Positions 28,911 through 35,470 of a stretch of 64,000 nt of DNA are shown one piece after another. The position numbers and the translations under genes are program-made. This DNA is from a virus: IMG/VR virus record IMGVR_UViG_3300025133_000049, positions 1 to 64,000 of that record; one strand, 5' to 3'. Within the stretch, counting starts at the first letter, position 1. The number at the start of each line of letters is the position of its first letter. Below the pieces are notes generated by a model, which saw only the letters and a program-made list of their open reading frames with translations, ran no database searches and had not been told where the DNA came from.

Positions 28911-29067
28911 CTCTATTGTTTTTGGTTATTCAATCCATTCAATGTGATTCCATAAATAAATCAGCAATCTGCCAATCCAATATAAAGCAAAGGCTAATGC
29001 CATGCCTATAATTATAAACCACGAGGCTAAACCTCTTTCACCGTTTGTCATCTCTATTGTTTTTGGT
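28908..29067. repeat. 20-bp direct repeat spanning two consecutive start codons, enclosing a ~41-aa membrane ORF
   Basis: TCATCTCTATTGTTTTTGGT at ~28907 and ~29048; enclosed ORF is MTNGERGLASWFIIIGMALAFALYWIGRLLIYLWNHIEWIE. Confidence 0.75.
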
Positions 29068-29121
29068 GGTTCTATTATCATAATTCATAATTTTATTTTT
29101 AAAATGTTTAATAATCCGTAC

Positions 29122-29181
29122 TGTTTACAACAAAGTGTATAGCACATTAAAACGATGCCATACACAAACCGTTAGCAAACA
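29122..29181 (+). mobile_element. attC-like recombination site (left)
   Basis: AAC (29129-31)-N6-TAT...ATA-N8-GTT (29171-73); inner stem GTGTATAGCA/TGCCATACAC. Confidence 0.7.
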
Positions 29182-29497
29182 TTACTTAGTCTGCTCTATT
29201 GCTTCAGAAATTATTGTCTGCCAACCTTTACTTAACGATGCAACACATCTAAGTTCTTGACTTTCTGATAGTTTGAATCCGTCAGTATTAATAATTTCTA
29301 CTACTGTTGTATAATGGTAAACTGTATCGTGATGTTCTAATGGCTCATCATTAATATTATCCCATAAAATAAAATCTTCTTTACTAATATTTTTCATTTT
29401 AAAACGATTTGCTAACACAACCTATACACCATAAAGCGTGATATTGAAGTGTTAAGATTAAACATTGTACTACGCTTTACGGTGCATAGCCAAACTG
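29172..29497. mobile_element. integron-type gene cassette (326 bp, G|TT to G|TT)
   Basis: Cassette start (G)TTAGCAAA is the perfect complement of TTTGCTAAC at the start of its own attC; contains a single promoterless ORF. Confidence 0.65.
29182..29397 (-). CDS. cassette-borne hypothetical protein (71 aa)
   Basis: ATG 29397 (MKNISKEDF...); the track's extension to 29418 runs into the attC-like site; stop abuts the left site. Confidence 0.7.
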   Translation of the reverse strand: MKNISKEDFILWDNINDEPLEHHDTVYHYTTVVEIINTDGFKLSESQELRCVASLSKGWQTIISEAIEQTK

Positions 29498-29503
29498 TTA
29501 TAA
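29408..29503 (+). mobile_element. attC-like recombination site (right)
   Basis: AAC (29414-16)-N6-TAT...ATA-N8-GTT (29497-99); 18-bp stem CTATACACCATAAAGCGT/ACGCTTTACGGTGCATAG. Confidence 0.7.
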
Positions 29504-29510
29504 TTCATAC

Positions 29511-29708
29511 CTATTGTTTTTTGGTTACTGTTCCTTTTACTGGATCCAGAATAAAACCATCTGCATCGGCATTCATCGATAGTTTTGTCATTTCTTGTTG
29601 AGCTGCATTGAATTTATCCACAATTGCAGTCATTTTGTGGAGGTATTTCTCACCGAGTTCTTCTCGCTTTAATACCCAAGTATTGTCTTTTCTATGAACT
29701 ATTTCCAT
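29511..29708 (-). CDS. hypothetical protein (65 aa)
   Basis: ACAC-ATG leader. Confidence 0.7.
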   Translation of the reverse strand: MEIVHRKDNTWVLKREELGEKYLHKMTAIVDKFNAAQQEMTKLSMNADADGFILDPVKGTVTKKQ

Positions 29709-29721
29709 GTGTTTATTTAAA

Positions 29722-29940
29722 TTAAAGTATACACCTCGACTTGTGAGGGTTCATCTATGAGCAGCGACCCGTTATTCCTTCTTACTTGCTGATTTTGACG
29801 AGGTGGTATACTTAATCGGATCCGTCACGGCTCAATCCGAAGATGGCTGGTAGATCCTACATTGCAATGATATTGTTATACTGTATTTAACTGGTACCAG
29901 CTTACTCACGCATTATGCTTTCGGCTGGATTTACCCCTTA
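29722..29940 (-). ncRNA. candidate structured RNA (~220 nt)
   Basis: Several GC-rich stems in an ORF-free gap; internal loop with AGUA opposite GAA on the - strand. Confidence 0.5.
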
Positions 29941-29951
29941 ACAATATTATT

Positions 29952-30266
29952 TTATTTGTCTAACGATCTAAAGTATCTGATTGATGAGTGTAAATTATTC
30001 TGGTCTTGTAATATACTTATTACTTGAGCAATTGTAAATTTATGACCCATTTCTTCAGTAATTGTCTTAGCTATTGCTACTCCAAACTCTCTTTTATATT
30101 TCTCTGCTTCTTGAAAATTAATATCTCCATCGAGCTTCCGGTAATTATCTTGTATAGCTGACCAGTTGGACAACTTAAGAATATCTCTACCGGAACCATC
30201 GATGAATGTATTACTGTATGAATCAAAGATGAGTTCTTTCTTGATTGTATCCTTGATTATGCTCAT
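29952..30266 (-). CDS. hypothetical protein (104 aa)
   Basis: Co-directional early-cluster ORF. Confidence 0.7.
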   Translation of the reverse strand: MSIIKDTIKKELIFDSYSNTFIDGSGRDILKLSNWSAIQDNYRKLDGDINFQEAEKYKREFGVAIAKTITEEMGHKFTIAQVISILQDQNNLHSSIRYFRSLDK

Positions 30267-30267
30267 A

Positions 30268-30555
30268 CTATGAAATTATAAATAAGTAACCGGCTATAAA
30301 TGTAATACAAATTGAATACAATACAGCTACAGCTAGTTTATTTGTTGTAGATTTCACCTTTGCTTTATGATGATCAAGTGAATATTTATTCTGAGATGCT
30401 TTTTGTCTTAGGTCGTTGTTTTGTTTTTCTAAACCTTCACTATAGGACCTTAAACTAGAGGAATATACTTCTAATCTATCTCTATCCGTGCGTAACTGGG
30501 ATGCATAATTAAATAAATCTTTCTTTAATAATTTTTTCATTTCTGATGGTGTCAT
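30268..30555 (-). CDS. coiled-coil protein with C-terminal transmembrane anchor
   Basis: Hydrophobic C-terminus LAVAVLYSICITFIAGYLFII. Confidence 0.7.
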   Translation of the reverse strand: MTPSEMKKLLKKDLFNYASQLRTDRDRLEVYSSSLRSYSEGLEKQNNDLRQKASQNKYSLDHHKAKVKSTTNKLAVAVLYSICITFIAGYLFIIS

Positions 30556-30573
30556 ATCTTTAATTTTAGGTTA

Positions 30574-31005
30574 TTATTCTTGTTCTCTTCTTGCATCGTA
30601 ATCCAGGTCAAAATCATGTCCGTCAGGATACAAATTTTTATCTGGTAAATGAGTGAACCTAGTTGGTTTAAATACACCCAAATCTACTCTAGTATCACTA
30701 ACATCCTCATCAAATGGACAGCCTTGTACAGGCCTGTTCTTATCAATATCAAAGTCAGATCCTTTAGGTTTTTCTTTACCTAACCCTATTTTTAGATGCA
30801 TTGGTTTAATTATATATACTGCATATCTAGCTAATCCTAGAACTGCTGCAGGTATTAGTAAGAAACATACTATTGCATACAATACTATCTTTAACCCTAA
30901 CATACTATCTAGGGTTATGGCTCCGATCAGTAATCCAATACATACTGAGTTCATTATAACTATGAATGCATAGTCTTTCGCGTATTCTTTATAATCTTTT
31001 TTCAT
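30574..31005 (-). CDS. membrane protein (2 TM) with acidic tail
   Basis: Two hydrophobic segments at the N-terminus. Confidence 0.7.
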   Translation of the reverse strand: MKKDYKEYAKDYAFIVIMNSVCIGLLIGAITLDSMLGLKIVLYAIVCFLLIPAAVLGLARYAVYIIKPMHLKIGLGKEKPKGSDFDIDKNRPVQGCPFDEDVSDTRVDLGVFKPTRFTHLPDKNLYPDGHDFDLDYDARREQE

Positions 31006-31007
31006 AA

Positions 31008-31139
31008 TTATACATTTATAGCCATCATAGGCATGGTTAATTTTCTATATCTATTGTAATACTTTGACCATCCTGCTCCATATACTTCTTTATACTTTGC
31101 AATATTACGGTCCTCTTTGTTAATCATTCGTGGTCTCAT
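31008..31139 (-). CDS. small basic protein (43 aa), not in ORF track
   Basis: MRPRMINKEDRNIAKYKEVYGAGWSKYY...; ACACAC-ATG leader. Confidence 0.55.
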   Translation of the reverse strand: MRPRMINKEDRNIAKYKEVYGAGWSKYYNRYRKLTMPMMAINV

Positions 31140-31234
31140 GTGTGTTTTTTTAATTATTTAATATTTATTGTGTAATCTAATCCGGTTCAGTAGCCATAGT
31201 GCGAAACATATGACTACTGTTATTAAAAATATAT

Positions 31235-31390
31235 TTATTGCTCCCATATTCTTGTGTTATTTACTTTAGAATGTGTTTCTAATGCCTCTATTCTATTTGT
31301 TATTTCATCATAGATTTCATCAGCATCGTAATGTAAATCCTTTTCAGCACTCTCTTCGAGCCATGCTGCTAGTTTCTTTAGTTCGTCCAT
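31235..31390 (-). CDS. small acidic helical protein (51 aa), not in ORF track
   Basis: MDELKKLAAWLEESAEKD...; TAATG-coupled. Confidence 0.55.
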   Translation of the reverse strand: MDELKKLAAWLEESAEKDLHYDADEIYDEITNRIEALETHSKVNNTRIWEQ

Positions 31391-31665
31391 TATTTTTGAA
31401 GTGTTGTTACGATTAAATATTGTTCAGATAGTTTAGCAAGAGCTTTAAGTTCATTAATACTAAATCTAGCATCCTCAGATGCATATAATAATGTATTACC
31501 ATCATCAATAACTTTGACGTATCCTTCAGTTCTTAATACTTTCATTGATCCAGAGTATGAATCAGTTGTTTCAGTGTTCCAAACTGCAAATGCTAGTGAT
31601 ATAATTAGTATAATACCTAGTATTGTACTAAAGTGATCAAATATAAATTGTTTAAATGTTTTCAT
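31390..31665 (-). CDS. single-pass membrane protein (91 aa)
   Basis: N-terminal TM segment; TAATG-coupled. Confidence 0.7.
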   Translation of the reverse strand: MKTFKQFIFDHFSTILGIILIISLAFAVWNTETTDSYSGSMKVLRTEGYVKVIDDGNTLLYASEDARFSINELKALAKLSEQYLIVTTLQK

Positions 31666-31874
31666 TATCCTAATCTTATGTTGTTAATACTATTAATTGT
31701 TAAGTGTTCTGCTAATCTTGTTGTGTATATTTTACAGCTCACTGTATTGTTAGCCTTTTCAGGTGTCCAAGTTCTAATGTGTTCAGTTATATCTTCGAAT
31801 GAACTAAATGTTTGTTCATCCGTAATAATAAGATTTGCAGGTGTTTGCCATTTATGTATGAGTAAATACTCCAT
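31665..31874 (-). CDS. hypothetical protein (69 aa)
   Basis: Coupled ORF. Confidence 0.65.
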   Translation of the reverse strand: MEYLLIHKWQTPANLIITDEQTFSSFEDITEHIRTWTPEKANNTVSCKIYTTRLAEHLTINSINNIRLG

Positions 31875-31877
31875 AGT

Positions 31878-32153
31878 TTAACGTGTTATTTGTTCTATTG
31901 AAACTGTTTCCTCATTAAATAGTACTCCATCTTCATTATTATATGACCAAGTGACAGCATAACCTTTATGAATAAAGAAGCCAACATATCTAGTTAACCT
32001 ACGTGTAGGATAATTATCATGATTACTATATTCCCAGGCTTTTGTTTTTTGTTCTGGTGTTTGATTTGGTACTAATAATGCTTTAATTTCAACCACTGCA
32101 TCCTCATCTTGAGGAGCAGTAGTTTTGTTTAGTTCTTCTGTAAGTTTTCTCAT
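31878..32153 (-). CDS. hypothetical protein (91 aa)
   Basis: ACACACAA-ATG leader. Confidence 0.7.
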   Translation of the reverse strand: MRKLTEELNKTTAPQDEDAVVEIKALLVPNQTPEQKTKAWEYSNHDNYPTRRLTRYVGFFIHKGYAVTWSYNNEDGVLFNEETVSIEQITR

Positions 32154-32248
32154 TTGTGTGTTATTTATAGTTGTCTAGAACATCACTACATGTGCCTACT
32201 ATCCATCCAACTAAAATTATTACTAATATTACTCCAAGTATTATCATA

Positions 32249-32395
32249 TTACTCTTCTTTGTGTACATCGAGAACACTAGGCATACATACCTTGTCCCTT
32301 AATATACTGATTGCTTGTTTTGTTGAATTAGCTTTGATCATTGTTACGTGATGATGAGCTGTACTATCGATGATGTATCTTAATGTGTATACCAT
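32249..32395 (-). CDS. small hypothetical protein (48 aa, MVYTLRY...)
   Basis: ATG 32395 with ACAC leader; the track's start at 32437 lies within a hairpin. Confidence 0.55.
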   Translation of the reverse strand: MVYTLRYIIDSTAHHHVTMIKANSTKQAISILRDKVCMPSVLDVHKEE

Positions 32396-32475
32396 GATTG
32401 TGTTATTTAGTGTGATTTGTAAAACCAAGGCCAACACATTACATGTTGACCTGGTTTACACACACAAATTATACT

Positions 32476-32646
32476 CTAATCTAATTTATTTAAAATGTCA
32501 TTAATAAACCCACCCTGTTGGGTACGTCTATTTTTACGCTTTACTTGTCGTTCAATCTTGTGGTCTTGTATATCACGGTTAAACTTACTCTCTCTGTATA
32601 GATAGTGAAGTGTTGCTAATACAATTCCAATGGCTAAGGGTGTCAT
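32476..32646 (-). CDS. small membrane-anchored basic protein (56 aa), not in ORF track
   Basis: MTPLAIGIVLATLHYLYRESK...; A-rich leader. Confidence 0.5.
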   Translation of the reverse strand: MTPLAIGIVLATLHYLYRESKFNRDIQDHKIERQVKRKNRRTQQGGFINDILNKLD

Positions 32647-32684
32647 TTGTTTGAAATTTAATTAATAATTCAGTGTGTTATTCG

Positions 32685-33200
32685 ATAACCTAGGTTAATG
32701 TGTGAGCACAACAGTCGCAACTGCCTAGGGTTTACATATTTTAAAAACTCTTCAGCTTTCATGCAGGACTGCTCTGTGTTTGTTTATCTTCAAGCTGAAG
32801 AGTTAAAAGGTAAAGCCCACAACACGCCAAACAGTTGTGGTAGTACTTGGATAATGGTATTGCCTGCTCGATTACCATTGTTTAATACCTGCGTATACAT
32901 AGCAGTCCGAGGTATCCTATTTGAGTACTATTGAGTGATTTAGGCCTACTCAAGCTTTATAGTATTTTACAGTAATACTATACTGTGTGAGTTAGCTAGG
33001 ACTCTTAGAACCACATAATGGTCTTATTTGAATGCCTTTATATGCTTGGCCTAGCTATTAGTTCTCCAGGTGTTATTTAGTTGTCAATCTGCAGTGAGCT
33101 ATATATCATGAGGTGCTATGCTCTTGAGTCTATTACCTGAGAGTTGTGAGTGTTTGTATGATCTTAATTCATGGGCGATAACACTCTAACCCTTACGTGC
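32685..33200 (-). ncRNA. candidate large structured RNA (~515 nt) with kissing-loop
   Basis: At least eight stems of 6-13 bp and an 8-nt loop-loop complementarity; no - strand ORF. Strand assigned from context only. Confidence 0.55.
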
Positions 33201-33203
33201 AAT

Positions 33204-33446
33204 TTACATTGTAATGAATAAGTAGATAGCTCCTAACCATATTGCCAGTGTTATCAATATAACCAGTAGGCAACCAATGTTAGCGCCTACTACTCTATCT
33301 TGATACTCTTGTATTTCGTCTCTTTTATTTTGTAGTTCTTGATACTTATTAGTATGTTCTTGATATTTACTTTCTTGTTCTTGGTATTTATGTACTAGTT
33401 CTGGATCTTTACCAATAAGATCAATTAGTTTATCGTTATTTTTCAT
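33204..33446 (-). CDS. KYQE heptad-repeat coiled coil with C-terminal TM anchor
   Basis: KYQEQES/KYQEHTN/KYQELQN repeats; hydrophobic tail. Confidence 0.7.
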   Translation of the reverse strand: MKNNDKLIDLIGKDPELVHKYQEQESKYQEHTNKYQELQNKRDEIQEYQDRVVGANIGCLLVILITLAIWLGAIYLFITM

Positions 33447-33643
33447 GGGTGTGTGTTTAATAAATGATTCATTGCTTGCTCTTTACTATTAAAATATCTT
33501 GACTCTCTTGTGTATGGTCCTTCATCACACATTCTACCAACATAATATCCAGCGTTGGATCTTAATACTTGTAGTTCCGTGATACCTGTTACACCTTCTT
33601 CATCAGTGTAAATGAACGTTGATCTTAATTTATCTAGTTTCAT
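33443..33643 (-). CDS. conserved small phage protein (66 aa)
   Basis: LQVLRSNAGYYVG...PYTRES.YF motif. Confidence 0.75.
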   Translation of the reverse strand: MKLDKLRSTFIYTDEEGVTGITELQVLRSNAGYYVGRMCDEGPYTRESRYFNSKEQAMNHLLNTHP

Positions 33644-33742
33644 AGTTGTTTAGTGTTATGGTGTTGGTAAACTAAAACTATTACTCCGGATATCATTAAA
33701 GTTATTCCTATGATTAGCATTATTGTAGTTTCCATTGTGTAG

Positions 33743-33889
33743 TTATTTATTGTTCTTGTACATCAATACCAGGAATATTACTGCTAATATTGCTACTGGT
33801 ATTAATGCTATTGGTCCAAACATGTATGCTACGATACATGCTAATATGGCTGCTTCGCCTCCTCCTGTTGATCTTATTGGTCCTAACAT
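33743..33889 (-). CDS. small hydrophobic membrane protein (48 aa), not in ORF track
   Basis: MLGPIRSTGGGEAAILACIVAYMFGPIALIPVAILAVIFLVLMYKNNK. Confidence 0.55.
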   Translation of the reverse strand: MLGPIRSTGGGEAAILACIVAYMFGPIALIPVAILAVIFLVLMYKNNK

Positions 33890-33891
33890 GA

Positions 33892-34152
33892 TTAGTGTCT
33901 TAAAGCATTTTCACTTACTGTATCATTTACAAATGCAAGTGCATCCCATATTGATACTATGGCTTGATCGTGCATTAGTTCTTTAACACCATTAACTTGC
34001 CTAATGTAAGAATAATATACTAATACTGAAGGACTACCATTGCCCTTATGTCCTTTATACTTTATAGTTCTCCAATATTTAGGCTTTACTTCATTAACTA
34101 AGTATTGATGTAATAGCTTATCCAAGTGGGTTTTAATATTATCTTGTTCCAT
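33892..34152 (-). CDS. hypothetical protein (86 aa)
   Basis: ACACA-ATG leader. Confidence 0.7.
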   Translation of the reverse strand: MEQDNIKTHLDKLLHQYLVNEVKPKYWRTIKYKGHKGNGSPSVLVYYSYIRQVNGVKELMHDQAIVSIWDALAFVNDTVSENALRH

Positions 34153-34162
34153 TGTGTATGAT

Positions 34163-34315
34163 TTAAAATGTTGTTTCTACTGGATGATTACGAGCATCAA
34201 GCTCATCTTCCATATCTAGGTCCATTTGTAGTCTATTCATCATTTGTACAGACTCTTCAGATACTTTTAGGTTATCATATAACCATTGTTTCAAGTGTGA
34301 TTGTTTGTGTTGCAT
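34163..34315 (-). CDS. small hypothetical protein (50 aa), not in ORF track
   Basis: MQHKQSHLKQWLYDNL...; ACACACA-ATG leader. Confidence 0.6.
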   Translation of the reverse strand: MQHKQSHLKQWLYDNLKVSEESVQMMNRLQMDLDMEDELDARNHPVETTF

Positions 34316-34334
34316 TGTGTGTGATTTAATGTTA

Positions 34335-34815
34335 TATTAATAAGACAAGGTAGGCTAGCCTCTGTATACCTAAAACATCGGACGGACTAGCTCTATTAAA
34401 CCTTATCTTGTATTAATGTAATGCTAACTTACGTGCTAGTCAATTAGGCTTACGGTTCATTACCGGATTACAAGCATTACATTATGTACTCTGTTACTGT
34501 TATTAAATATTAATTAACCATAACCTCCGTAAAGGTATCATTCACTCTAAGTAGTATATTCCAAGTCATCATGTGACAAGTTAGATAGTTGGTTGGTGTA
34601 TTCCGCACCTACTCTTAGTGTTAATTAATGTACTTCTGTTATGTATGGTCAAAGTGTACCATGTATTGTTTATGTAATATAAATGAGGCTAAACTAGTGC
34701 TAGCGTACTATCACTAATATGCCTAATATGTGGGTGAGGTGACTGTCACCCTTCCTCCATCTCACTTATCGTACTAATGAGTTAGGCCTGTCGTACTAGG
34801 CTGTTTGGCCTAAAC
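34335..34815 (-). ncRNA. candidate structured leader/ncRNA (~480 nt) with repeated UAGUACG loops
   Basis: Consecutive multi-branched stems; G-U wobbles in the 34335-34418 stem favour the - strand; ORF-free. Confidence 0.55.
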
Positions 34816-34818
34816 AAT

Positions 34819-34836
34819 AAAGGGTCCGAAGACCCT
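34819..34836 (-). terminator. cUUCGg hairpin after the first early gene
   Basis: - strand AGGGTC-TTCG-GACCCT-TTATT. Confidence 0.7.
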
Positions 34837-34841
34837 AATTG

Positions 34842-35270
34842 TTATACTTCATTAACGTTAGTTACCCTAAAGCGACCTTCGCTTTTCTTGACAGCTTGCT
34901 TCCAATTGCTAATGGCTTTGATACCATTATCATTGTCCTTGTAGGCATCCTTGACCTCGTCAAGATCTAATCCAACAGGTTCCTGTTTTGCTAAGTCGAC
35001 AGTAATGTCGTCTTCAGGTGCGTAAGCTCCGCCTGTAATCTCTTCATACAATTCATTGCTTATGGTTCTACCTAAGCGCATACCGTTAGGTGTTTCTACC
35101 ATGATATGAAATCCATTACCACTCTTATTCTCGCGGATGACCGCAGGGAATCCTTCGAGAGTTGCTACTGTTTCCCATAGCTTTAATCCTCCTTGTTCAC
35201 TATTAGTTCCTTCGAAGAACGCTTTGTGTTCTTTCGTGAACACCATTGTTGTTTCTTTTAAATCTGACAT
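34842..35270 (-). CDS. first gene of the leftward arm, hypothetical (142 aa)
   Basis: Clean ORF with its own upstream hairpin and downstream terminator. Confidence 0.8.
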   Translation of the reverse strand: MSDLKETTMVFTKEHKAFFEGTNSEQGGLKLWETVATLEGFPAVIRENKSGNGFHIMVETPNGMRLGRTISNELYEEITGGAYAPEDDITVDLAKQEPVGLDLDEVKDAYKDNDNGIKAISNWKQAVKKSEGRFRVTNVNEV

Positions 35271-35305
35271 GATTATTATTATTTAAATTATTAATTTATT
35301 TATAG

Positions 35306-35340
35306 CCACCCTAGTGTGCCGATATGATACACGGGGGTGG
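35306..35340. promoter_or_regulatory. GC-rich hairpin at the strand-switch point
   Basis: CCACCC-TA-GTGT...ACAC-GG-GGGTGG, ~35 nt upstream of the first leftward ATG. Confidence 0.5.
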
Positions 35341-35414
35341 TGTTACTATGTGGTCCCCGCTCAAAATAACCCGGATATATTATTGTGATAAGGGTACAAA
35401 AAAATATAAAAAAT

Positions 35415-35470
35415 TTTGGTACACTAGAGATTTATAGTTATCTTTACCTCATGATAAACAAGTGTACCAA
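35415..35470 (+). promoter_or_regulatory. rightward promoter bracketed by a TTGGTACACT inverted repeat
   Basis: TTTG (35415-18)-N20-TATCTTTA (35439-46); TTGGTACACT (35416-25)/AGTGTACCAA (35461-70). Confidence 0.55.

Noticed and set aside
29740-29790. Hammerhead ribozyme in the 29.7-kb structured region
   Set aside because: The CUGANGA/GAAA core was not found in the required arrangement on either strand
32698-32934. 78-aa + strand ORF
   Set aside because: Opposite to all neighbouring genes, no typical leader, and coincides with the dense stem/kissing-loop structure; more likely incidental
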